A stretch of DNA of 51,886 nt from a virus (Duplodnaviria > Caudoviricetes): IMG/VR virus record IMGVR_UViG_3300037478_000544, positions 1-51,886 of that record, one strand, 5' to 3'. This document shows, one piece after another, positions 7,127 through 16,300 of this stretch (position 1 is the first letter of the stretch; each line of letters begins with the position of its first letter). The notes below the pieces were generated by a model that was not told where the DNA came from, did no database searches, and worked only from the letters and a program-made list of their open reading frames with translations. A program made the position numbers and the translations under genes.

Positions 7127-9720
7127 TGACCGACGACCCGTTCGCACCACGGTGCCCATTTTGCTGCGCGCTACTGCCTGAGGACGACCCCAGCGGCGAC
7201 CAGCACCAGTGCGACTCCACACCCTACCCGGAGCTGGACCTCGGGCAGGTGGAGAGGTGGCTAGACCTGGTCTACCCCGCCGGCGGCCGGGAGGAGCTGC
7301 TGCACGTCGCCTCACCCTTGTCCTGGGCCGGGCGGGCGTTCAACCGTAGTGCCGGCCAGGATGTGGCCGTGGGCGACCAGTTGGCCGCCCATGTCGCCGA
7401 CCTGAACCGGCGCGGCGCGGCCGGTATCTATCTGGCCGCGTGCACCCTCCACCCTGACGCGGTCGGTCACATCGCCGACGGTGGGCGCGGCCGCAACAGC
7501 GATGCCGCCTGGCTCTACGGGGTGTGGTCCGACATCGACATAGCCGGGCCCGGCCACAAACACGACCCCGCCAAGTACGCCGGACGGGACCTGCCGCACG
7601 ACGAGGCCACCGCACGCGCCATCGTGGAAGCGAGCAAACTCCCCCAGCCCACCACCTGGGTCCACTCCGGCGGCGGGCTGTACGCCTGGTGGCTGCTCGA
7701 GCACCCCGCACCCGCCCAGCAACATGCCGAGCTGGTCAAGGCATGGCAGGCTGCGCTCGGCCGGGGAGCCGAACAACTCGGCCTGCACTACGGCACCGGG
7801 GTGTCCGACCTGGCCCGGGTCATGCGACTACCGGGCACCATCAACCGGAAGATCCCGGCCGACCCGCGACCCTGCCGGATCCTCACCGGCGACGGGCCCC
7901 GGTACGACATCGCAGGCCTGCATGCCGCCATCGAAGCCGCCAAGCCGAAGGAGAAGCCCCGGCAGGCCCCGCCTGCGGGCGCAGGAGACCCGTTCACCAG
8001 CCCAGGGCAGCAACGGCACCACCAGGGCGACGACACCCCGCTCAACGCGTTCGAGAAGGCCACCGACTGGGCGGAGATACTCGCCCCCCACGGATGGACC
8101 CTCCACCGCGGCGACGCCGACGGCACCCGCTACTGGATCCGCCCGGGCAAGGACACCGCGGGACACTCCATGACCACCGGCCACGCCGGCGACCGCGACC
8201 GGGCCTACTGCTTCTCCGACGCCGCCGGGCTGCCCGTCAACCAGTCCATGACCAAGGGCTACGTGTACGCGGCGCTGAACTTCGGCGGCGACATGAGCGC
8301 GGCAGCGCAGCACCTGTACGAACGCGGGTTCGGCGCCCGGGCCAACCAGGCCAGCAGCGGCGGGCTGGGGGGAGACTCCAGTCCCCACTCCCCCCCTCCG
8401 CACGACCCCCCGGAGGAAGAACAGCCCCCCGTCGAACACGACCAGTTCTGGAACACCCGCCCCACCCTGGCCGCAATCCGCGACACCGCCCGCGAACGCC
8501 GCGTCGCCCCCTGGGCCGTCCTCGCCTGCGTGCTGGCAACCGTGTCCACCAGGGTCGGCCCGCACGTCGTACTACCCGCCACCGTCGGCAGTGTCGCCAG
8601 CCTGAACACGTTCTGGGCACTCGTCGGCGCCTCCGGCTCCGGCAAGGATGCCGCCCTTGCCGTGGCGCAGGAACTACTCTGGCTCGACGACACCGTACCC
8701 ACCCACGAGGTGGGTACCGGCCAGGGCATCGACTCCGCCTACACCCAGCCGGTCAAGAAAGGGTCACCGGTCCAGTTCTGCGACACCGCGCTGTTCACCA
8801 TCACCGAGATCGACACCCTCGCCGCCCACGCCGCCATGGGCGGCTCCAGCATCATGAGCACCCTCCGGAAGGTGTACACCGGGGCCGCGCTCGGCTCCCG
8901 GTACGCCGACCGGGAGCGCCGCCGGCCAGTCAAGGCCCATCGGTACCGGGCCGCCGTCATCGCCGGAGTGCAACCCGCCAGGTCCGGGGTGCTGCTATCC
9001 GACGCTGATGCCGGCACCCCGCAGCGGTGGCTGTTCATGCCCACCAACGACCCGGGCGAGCACCACCGGCCCGCCAGCAGCGACCAGTTCACCTCACCGT
9101 ACGCAGACCGGATCTGGCAGCCATACCAGTACATCGCCCCCGACGGAGACCTGAGCGAAGACGACCTGCCGGTCACTGTGAAACGTCGCATCGAGATGAA
9201 GATCTGCCGCGCGGCCCGGGACGCGATCATCGCCAACCGGGACGCGCGGCTGCAGGCACCGCTGACCGCCCCCGACGGCGACCTCACCGGGCACAAACTG
9301 CTGACCCGGCTGAAGGTCGCGGCGCTGCTGGCCCTGTTCGACAACGCCCGCACCGAGGTCAACGAACAGGACTGGGAGCTCGCCGGCACCGTCACGGCGG
9401 TATCCGACGCCGCCCGGGAAGTGTGCACCAAGGCGCTGCGGCGCGCGGTTACGAAGGCGAACATCGCCCGGGCGAACATCGAGGCGGATCGGGCCGAGGT
9501 CATCGAAGACCGGACCGTGAAACGGATGGCGAAGGTGCTGCAGCGCGCCCTCGTCACGGCTGGTGGGGGGTGGCTGACACGAACCGAGCTGCGGGGCAAG
9601 TTGAACAGCCGTGACCGGCAGTACTTCGAGGCCGCGATAGCCAGGTTGGTCGATGCCGGGATGGCGGAGGTCGAGCTGACCGAACACCGGGGAGGGGAGT
9701 GCTACCGTGCTGCGCAATGA
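7126..9720 (+). CDS. Primase-helicase: RepB-type primase plus DUF3987/YfjI-like P-loop helicase and probable C-terminal wHTH
   Basis: SDID, HSGGGLYAWW and DLARVMRLPGTINRK primase motifs; GASGSGKD Walker A, TEID Walker B-like. The true start is at the TGATG overlap, not 6529. Confidence 0.85.
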   Translation: MTDDPFAPRCPFCCALLPEDDPSGDQHQCDSTPYPELDLGQVERWLDLVYPAGGREELLHVASPLSWAGRAFNRSAGQDVAVGDQLAAHVADLNRRGAAGIYLAACTLHPDAVGHIADGGRGRNSDAAWLYGVWSDIDIAGPGHKHDPAKYAGRDLPHDEATARAIVEASKLPQPTTWVHSGGGLYAWWLLEHPAPAQQHAELVKAWQAALGRGAEQLGLHYGTGVSDLARVMRLPGTINRKIPADPRPCRILTGDGPRYDIAGLHAAIEAAKPKEKPRQAPPAGAGDPFTSPGQQRHHQGDDTPLNAFEKATDWAEILAPHGWTLHRGDADGTRYWIRPGKDTAGHSMTTGHAGDRDRAYCFSDAAGLPVNQSMTKGYVYAALNFGGDMSAAAQHLYERGFGARANQASSGGLGGDSSPHSPPPHDPPEEEQPPVEHDQFWNTRPTLAAIRDTARERRVAPWAVLACVLATVSTRVGPHVVLPATVGSVASLNTFWALVGASGSGKDAALAVAQELLWLDDTVPTHEVGTGQGIDSAYTQPVKKGSPVQFCDTALFTITEIDTLAAHAAMGGSSIMSTLRKVYTGAALGSRYADRERRRPVKAHRYRAAVIAGVQPARSGVLLSDADAGTPQRWLFMPTNDPGEHHRPASSDQFTSPYADRIWQPYQYIAPDGDLSEDDLPVTVKRRIEMKICRAARDAIIANRDARLQAPLTAPDGDLTGHKLLTRLKVAALLALFDNARTEVNEQDWELAGTVTAVSDAAREVCTKALRRAVTKANIARANIEADRAEVIEDRTVKRMAKVLQRALVTAGGGWLTRTELRGKLNSRDRQYFEAAIARLVDAGMAEVELTEHRGGECYRAAQ

Positions 9721-9728
9721 TCCACTCA

Positions 9729-9911
9729 GGGGTGGACGAAGGGTGGACATGTCCACCCTACCGGGAAAACGTCCACCCCCGAAGATCATTTTCGGCTCTT
9801 GGAGTCACCGTGCCCCACCAGCGAATATATACAGTAATCAATATTATACTACATCCCCCGGGAACGCGCGCGAGACGGGGTGGGGTGGACATGTCCAGGT
9901 ATCGTCCACCC
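9729..9911. repeat. Putative replication origin: GGGTGGAC iterons around an AT-rich core
   Basis: GGGTGGAC at 9730, 9741 and 9883; GTCCACCC at 9751, 9771 and 9904; 20-bp palindrome at 9740-9759; AT-rich stretch ~9822-9853. Confidence 0.75.
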
Positions 9912-9974
9912 CTCCATCAACAGAACGCCACGAAATAGTCACCTGCGATTGTCGATAAAGGAAAGGGCTCGATC

Positions 9975-10202
9975 ATGACCCATAACCTTCCAGCCGGCAC
10001 CTACCCGCCACCACTCACCTGTCCCAACTGCGGCCACGACGCAACCCACGCCAGACCCAACGTCGAGATGTACGACAACAGGCCACCCGAGCAACGGTGG
10101 AGCTTCCGCATCCCGATGTGGTGCGAGGACGGGCACGACTTCACGCTGGTGGTCGAGCAGCACAAGGGCAGCACCCTCATCCTGACCCGACGCAACAAAT
10201 GA
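9975..10202 (+). CDS. Zn-ribbon hypothetical protein
   Basis: CPNCG...WCEDGH...QHKG; GAAAGG RBS. Confidence 0.7.
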   Translation: MTHNLPAGTYPPPLTCPNCGHDATHARPNVEMYDNRPPEQRWSFRIPMWCEDGHDFTLVVEQHKGSTLILTRRNK

Positions 10203-10438
10203 TCATGATCGACCGCGATGCTCTGGCCGCCGAGGTCCAAGCGCGCATCGAGCAGGCCATCGCCGAACGGGAACGCCGCCGGCAGCACACGGCCGCGGTC
10301 CGGGCACAGTTCGCCCAGGCCCGCCGGCACGGGCTTGCCGCCCGCCACCAGCGGCGCATGGCTCGAGCCGAACAGCGGCTACGGCAGGCACGGCACGACG
10401 GGACCGAGGACAGCTGGTGGGAGGAGCAGGAGCCATGA
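10199..10438 (+). CDS. Small basic helical protein (similar to 43491-43712)
   Basis: ARRHGLAARHQRR here versus ARAAGKMARHAQR in element 2. Confidence 0.6.
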   Translation: MIMIDRDALAAEVQARIEQAIAERERRRQHTAAVRAQFAQARRHGLAARHQRRMARAEQRLRQARHDGTEDSWWEEQEP

Positions 10439-10461
10439 GTGTCACAGATCTGTGACACTCA
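10436..10461. promoter_or_regulatory. Perfect 26-bp palindrome, operator-like
   Basis: TGAGTGTCACAGATCTGTGACACTCA directly upstream of the HNH-like gene. Confidence 0.6.
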
Positions 10462-10490
10462 CGGCCAGCACCCAGCATAGGGAGCAGCAC

Positions 10491-10763
10491 ATGAGCCGCA
10501 ACTGGACCAGCGCAGGCCACGCACAACGCTACGGAAACGCGCACCAACGGCTACGTCGCCGCTGGGCACCCCTGGTAGCAGCAGGCGGTGCCAACTGCTC
10601 ACGCTGCGGCCAGCCCATCTACCCTGGCCAAGCATGGGACCTTGGCCACACACCAGGTGACCGGCACACCTACGCAGGACCGCAACACGCCGTGTGCAAC
10701 CGCAACACCACCGACGAGCGAGGCGCAGCAGACCCGGCACCAAAACCGAGAACCAGGTGGTGA
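10491..10763 (+). CDS. Packaging-associated HNH-like endonuclease
   Basis: CSRC...WDLGH...GPQHAVCN; homologue of 44474-44788; adjacent to the terminase region. Confidence 0.8.
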   Translation: MSRNWTSAGHAQRYGNAHQRLRRRWAPLVAAGGANCSRCGQPIYPGQAWDLGHTPGDRHTYAGPQHAVCNRNTTDERGAADPAPKPRTRW

Positions 10764-10772
10764 CCCCCTATC

Positions 10773-11330
10773 ATGGAAGACGTGACCTGCCCGATCTGCC
10801 TCACCGGCCGCCGCTTCCACGGCGGATGTCTGGCCGCGGCGCTCGGCTGGATCGCACACGGCAACTACCAGGCACCCCACGAACCGGAGCTCGCCCGGCA
10901 GTTGGCACCGACCTGCTACCTGTGCGGCACCGCCCGCACCGAGCACGTCGAGCACGTCATACCCAGGAACGGGGGAGGCGGCGACCAGTGGTCCAACATC
11001 GGTGGAGCCTGCGCGCCGTGCAACCAGGCCAAGTCGGACCGGCTGCTGCAGCTGACCAAGCCACAACAGGATCGGCTCAACCAGCACCAAGCCGCATACC
11101 GATCGGCATGGTCTCGAGTCACGCCCGAGGCTGTTGCTAGCGAGGTACTACGCCTGGTCTACGCCAGTACCACGTACACCCCTGGTGACCCGTTGGAGTG
11201 GATAGCCGAAGCGATCGAAGACGAACTTGACTCCTACATCGACCAGCAGGTCACCAGCGTCGTCGCTGAGGCAGAGCAGATCACAGCGCAATTCGCACAA
11301 AATGACGTCCGATTGGCATTTTTTCCCTAA
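10773..11330 (+). CDS. HNH endonuclease
   Basis: CYLC...EHVEHVIP..GGGDQWSN...CAPCNQAKSD. Confidence 0.85.
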   Translation: MEDVTCPICLTGRRFHGGCLAAALGWIAHGNYQAPHEPELARQLAPTCYLCGTARTEHVEHVIPRNGGGGDQWSNIGGACAPCNQAKSDRLLQLTKPQQDRLNQHQAAYRSAWSRVTPEAVASEVLRLVYASTTYTPGDPLEWIAEAIEDELDSYIDQQVTSVVAEAEQITAQFAQNDVRLAFFP

Positions 11331-11376
11331 ATCGGACACCCCTCTTATCCACGTCCCTGTGTTTCTCCCTCCCCCA
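11318..11376 (+). other. Candidate cos (packaging) site of prophage 1
   Basis: T-run, then TATCCACGTCCCT (11346-11358), identical to 44829-44841 at the HNH-terS junction of element 2. Confidence 0.55.
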
Positions 11377-11379
11377 AGA

Positions 11380-13032
11380 TCAGGCACGCTTCCCTCCGGC
11401 GATGACCATGGGGCGGATCTTCGGGGCGTATGGCACGGTGAGGCTGGTGTAGGTCATTCCGGCGAACGCGTAGGCTGCGTCGACGTGGCCGGCGCCGCGG
11501 CGTACGAAGCGCCATCCGTCGCCGGTGTGGTATCGGGTGGCCCCGGCGATGTGCGCGTTGAGGAGTGGGTCGTTGGGGTGGATGACCCGCCGGGCGGCTA
11601 CCAGGTCGGCTAGGCCTTGGCAGGCTTCGTTGACCATCTGGCCCTTCAGCTCGTGGCTTCCGGCTCTCGACCGGAGGATGGGTGCCAGCGAGGCGGCGGG
11701 CCCGGATGGGTACCAGGCTGTGATCCTGGGTTGGATCTGGTTGAGCAGGTCGGGCAGTTGGGCTCTTGCTTCGCGGGTGGTTTTCCATGCTGCGGAGATT
11801 TCGCCGCGGACTCGGCCGTCGTGGAGTTCGGCACCGACGGCTAGTGTCACGTGCTGTCCGTCGACTGCGACGTCGATGCATGCGACGATCCGGTCGCGGA
11901 GGTCGTTGAGGTTGCCGGTGGGGTCGGAGCAGTCTTTCCATGCTGGCAGCGGGATTGCGCCGTCGAGGGTGTCTACCTTCTGGCAGAGGACTTCTGTGCG
12001 GTAGACCTCGGGTGGGTCGGTGGCTTGCGCGGTGCGGATGGCTGCTTGGTTCGGGCCGCCGCAGTTGAGCCCTGGGTTGGCTTGGGCGATGGCGGCCCAG
12101 TCGTCGAGGTCGCATCCTTCCGGCGCGGACCACTCGAACAGGCCGATGGACGGGTCGCGGGCTGGTCCGAGGATGGACACGCCGTCTGGTCCGGTGGTGA
12201 CTCCGGCGGCGGCTCGTAGCTGGTTGAGGACTACGGATTCTTCGTCGCCCATGTTCGACATGACCCATATCTGGCCGTTTGGGCGGGCCATGACCGTTTT
12301 CGACAGTGCTGACCATGCTTTCCAGTCGCGCTGTTCGCGGAGTTCGTCGATGTTTAGTTCGTCGATTGACAGTCCGCGGCCGGCTTTCCGGTTGGTGGCT
12401 CTGATGAGGTAGCGGGGCAGCGCTTCGCGGGGTGTGCCGGGTGGTGCGTTGCTTTGTAGCCAGAACTGTTCGTCGCCGTTGACGCTGCGCTCGCCGCCCC
12501 ACTCCCCTTTGAGGTCGGGGCAGGCGTGGATGGTGGCTTTGCACAGGTTCATCTGTTCGCGGGCAAGGGCGACGTCCTGTGCCGTGCCTAGCACGACCCG
12601 GGCGCCGTCGAGGTACAGCCGCCACAGGCTGAGCTTCCGTTTTGCCGTGGATTTACCGTTTTGCCGGGCAACGATGACCAGGACGATTCGGAATCGGTAG
12701 GTGCCGTCTGGGAGTAGCTCCAGGGCGTGGATGTTGAGCCATTGCTGCCAGGGAAGGTTCGGCTCGCCGATGATGTCGGTGAACTCGTTGGCCTCATATC
12801 CGCGGGTGGTGTCTCGGGTCAGCGGTCGAAACGGAGGCGTCCATAACCGTGGTTCCGTGCGGCCGACGACCTTTGAGGCGTACAGGTGGGCGGCCGGTTC
12901 CTGCGGCGGCGCGTGGCCGGTGCAGAGTTCGCCGCCGCGCGGTGCCAGTTTCCGGCATCCGCCCTCGGCGCAACGTTTACGCCCGGCGAGCTTCCCGGAG
13001 CTGGTCGAGCTTGGTGGTGCCACCGGTGGCAC
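11380..13032 (-). CDS. terL: Terminase large subunit (inverted orientation)
   Basis: PWQ, VARQNGKS Walker A, IDELRE Walker B, ANP, C-terminal HVDAAYA nuclease motif. Confidence 0.93.
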   Translation of the reverse strand: MPPVAPPSSTSSGKLAGRKRCAEGGCRKLAPRGGELCTGHAPPQEPAAHLYASKVVGRTEPRLWTPPFRPLTRDTTRGYEANEFTDIIGEPNLPWQQWLNIHALELLPDGTYRFRIVLVIVARQNGKSTAKRKLSLWRLYLDGARVVLGTAQDVALAREQMNLCKATIHACPDLKGEWGGERSVNGDEQFWLQSNAPPGTPREALPRYLIRATNRKAGRGLSIDELNIDELREQRDWKAWSALSKTVMARPNGQIWVMSNMGDEESVVLNQLRAAAGVTTGPDGVSILGPARDPSIGLFEWSAPEGCDLDDWAAIAQANPGLNCGGPNQAAIRTAQATDPPEVYRTEVLCQKVDTLDGAIPLPAWKDCSDPTGNLNDLRDRIVACIDVAVDGQHVTLAVGAELHDGRVRGEISAAWKTTREARAQLPDLLNQIQPRITAWYPSGPAASLAPILRSRAGSHELKGQMVNEACQGLADLVAARRVIHPNDPLLNAHIAGATRYHTGDGWRFVRRGAGHVDAAYAFAGMTYTSLTVPYAPKIRPMVIAGGKRA

Positions 13033-13258
13033 CTCCCTTGCTTACTGCGGCGCGGGCGTGGGGTGTGGCGCCGAGGGCTTCGAGCGTGGCGAGCAGCCGC
13101 GGGCCGAGGTCTTTCAGCTGTTCGGGGTCGGCGTCGATGCTGGCCGCGTACCGCTCGGCGAGGGTGGCCGCCGCGGAGTCTTCGGGCCGCAGGGTCAGGT
13201 TCGCGATCGTGTGCTGGACGGTGGGTAGCAGCAACTCGTCTGCGCTTCGGAGGCTCAC
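12977..13258 (-). CDS. terS: Terminase small subunit
   Basis: YAASID...LGPRLLATLEALGATPHAR...LDQLR pattern; directly upstream of terL. Confidence 0.85.
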   Translation of the reverse strand: MSLRSADELLLPTVQHTIANLTLRPEDSAAATLAERYAASIDADPEQLKDLGPRLLATLEALGATPHARAAVSKGGATGGTTKLDQLREARRA

Positions 13259-13325
13259 GGCACCACCATCCCTAGTTGTCCTACCTGTCCCATAGGATTA
13301 TAGGGAATTACGGTATGCTCTGGTC
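13259..13325. promoter_or_regulatory. Divergent promoter region between terS and the head gene
   Basis: AT-rich 67 bp with imperfect inverted repeat (TCCCTA..TCCTA / TAGGA..TAGGGA); TATGCT 6 nt before the GTG at 13326. Confidence 0.55.
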
Positions 13326-16300
13326 GTGGCCGGTTTTTGGCGTGGAATCTTCGGCGCTCCCAGGGAGCAGTTGCGGATGGAAGCCGCCCGCCCGCATGCC
13401 CGGTTCTCGCTGGAAGTCCCTCAGGAGATGTTGGAGGCGATGAATGGCGACGGTGCGGTTGCACCGCGGATGCGTCGGCGCGACGCGCTGCAGGTGCCGG
13501 CGGTGCTCCGGTCGCGGAACCTGATTGCCGGCACGCTCGGGTCGCTGCCGCACACGGTCATCGGCCCGGACAAGCTGGAAGTGGACCGCGGGACCTACCT
13601 GCTCGGCGGGAACATCGACCCGGACATTGCCAACTCGGTGGTGCTGGCGCAGACGTACGAGGACCTGCTGTTCGAGGCGATCTCGTGGTGGCGGGTCACC
13701 CGGGTGGGCTGGCACGGGTTCCCGATGGAGGCCCAGCATGTGCCGGTCGAGTCGGTGCATGTCGCCCCGGTCGGGTCGTCGATGCCTTCACAGCAGCAGA
13801 TATCGCCGGACCAGCCGTTCCCGGTCGACGGGCAGGTGTTCATCGACGGAATTCCGGTCGGCGACCGGGAGGTGATCCGGTTCGACTCTCCGAACCCGCC
13901 GCTGCTGGTACATGCCGCCCGGGCCATCCGCACCTGTCTGAAGCTGGACCGGGCGGCCGCCCTGTACTCGGATGACCCGGTCCCGCTGGGCTACTTCGAA
14001 CCGCAGGAGGGCACCGACGGCCTGTCCAGTGAGGCCGGGTCGGCCAACGACGGCACCGACCGGTCCGAGGTTGACGCGCTGCTCGACGAGTGGCAGCTGT
14101 CCCGCAGCCGACGCGCCTGGGGCTACGTGCAAGGGGTGACCGCCAAGTCCTTGCAGTGGAACCCGGAGCAGCTGCAGCTGGCCGCCCAGCGGCAGCATGC
14201 GGTGCTGGAGATCGCCAGGGCTGCGGGGGTGGACCCGGAAGACCTCGGGGTGAGCACCACCTCCCGGACGTATCAGAACGGGGAGCAGCGCCGGCAGGAC
14301 CTGCTCGACTTCAACCTGGGCGCGTACGTGTCGGCGGTGCAGGACCGGCTGTCGATGCGGGATGTGCTGCCCCGCGGCTACATCGCGCGGGTGCGGCTGG
14401 CCGGGTTCCTGCGTTCGGACACGAAGACCCGGATGGAGACGTACAAGATCGGCCTTGAGGTCGGGGCGTACACGCAGGATGAGGTCCGCGAGTTGGAGGA
14501 CCGGCCGGCGCTGACCCCGGCGCAGCGTGCCGCCGCGCAGCAGCGGGCCGCGCCCGCCACCCCGCCGGCGAGCCCGGCCAACGGCCAGAACGGGAGAACC
14601 CCGGCCATGAATCTTCAGCCTGTCAAGTTCAGCCGCACCACCGGAGATGAGGTGGTGCGGGTCCAGTTCGACGACGATGAGGTCGCGGAGACGTTCCAGG
14701 TGGACGCCGAGCGGCGAACGATCACCGGGATGGTCGTGCCCTGGAACAAGGTCGCACGGTCCGGGTTCAGCAAGTGGCGGTTCGCACCCGACAGCCTGCG
14801 CTGGTCGGATGTCAGCCGTGTGAAGCTCAACCTGCACCACGACTTCTCCCAGCTGGTTGGCCGAGCAACCCGACTCCAGTCTGGTAACCGGGGGCTGGTA
14901 GCCACCTTCAAGGTGGGTCGCGGCCCGGAGGGTGACCGGGCATTGTCTGGCGCCGAGGACAGGATCCTCGACGGGTTTTCGATCGAGGTCGACTTCAACG
15001 ACGACCTCGGTGACCAGTGGCAGCCGGACCCGTCCGACGAGAGTGTTCGCCTGGTTCGCCAGGCCAGCCTGCGCGGAACGGCTCTGACAGGCATGCCCGC
15101 ATTCGACGACGCCCGGGTGACCCGGGTGGCCGCAACCAGAGAAGGGAAGGGCGTCATGCCCGAGAAGAAGGAGCCTGCGCCCGACGCACAGTTCGACCTG
15201 GACAACTATGTGACCAAGGTCGGCGAGTCGATGGCCGCCTCACACAAGCAGCTGGTGGAAGGGTTGACCGAGAGCATCGGCGAGTCGGTGTCCACCGGTA
15301 TCAAGGCTGCCCTGGAGAACATCTACGACCCGCAGCGTGACGGCCCGCAGCCGGTGCGCGCGGCCCGGTACACCGTTGGCCGTGAGGCACCGGTGTACAC
15401 CCTCAACGGTGCGGGCCCGTGTCTGGTGCGCGATGCGTGGAACTCCCGGTTCCACGGCGACTCCGACGCCTACGAGCGGCTGAAGAAGTTCCACTTCCAG
15501 ACTGAGGAGATGGCGAAGGTTGCGACGTCGCGGCTTCAGTTCGCGACCAGCCATGCGCTGCAGTTCACCCCGTCGGACACCTCAACCGCGTCGGAGGTCA
15601 TCCCGCCGGGGTACCGCCCGGACCTGTTCGTGCCGCAGATGGTGCAGCAGCGTCCGTTCGTCAACGCCCTGTCGCGGGGAACGATTTCCAACGCAACCCC
15701 GTTCGTGGTCCCGGTCTTCGGTAGCGCCACCGGCGCCACTGCCAACCACGTGGAAGGCACCGGCCCCTCAGATGGCACGCTCGCCTTCGACACGACCACG
15801 GTCACCCCGGGTGCCGTGTCCGGTCTGCTGAAGCTGACCCGCGAGATCGTCGACTCGTCGAACCCGGCGATCGACCAGATCGCGTTGGCTGCGATGCGCG
15901 AGTCGTACGCGCAGCAGACCGAATCCAAGGTGTACACGATGCTGAACACCGCCCAGTCGGGGACGATCACAAGCGGGTTCGCCACCTCGGGTGCGCAGGT
16001 GTCGGACACGACCACCGCGGACGGCGCCGCACTGCTGGCCGCGGTCCGCACACAGCTGGCGCTGTACCCATTCCGCCGGTTCGCCGCGCCGAACCAGGCG
16101 CTGATGTCACAGCGGGCAACCACGTTCTTCGCCACCGCGGTGGACGATGTGAACCGGCCCCTGCTGCCTTCGGTGGGTGCGCAGAACACGTCCGGGCTGG
16201 GCAACGCGGTCACCCAGGGCTGGTTCGTCGACGGGCTGGCGCACGTCCCCGCATGGGCGATCACCGAGGTCGGCGCCGGCGAGGGTGACGTGTTCACCCT

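Noticed and set aside
11323-13308. TTCCCTAAATC versus GATTATAGGGAA as invertase sites flanking the terminase genes
   Set aside because: Short and imperfect. An inversion there would also flip the cos-like motif, which has the same orientation as in element 2, and no invertase gene is present.
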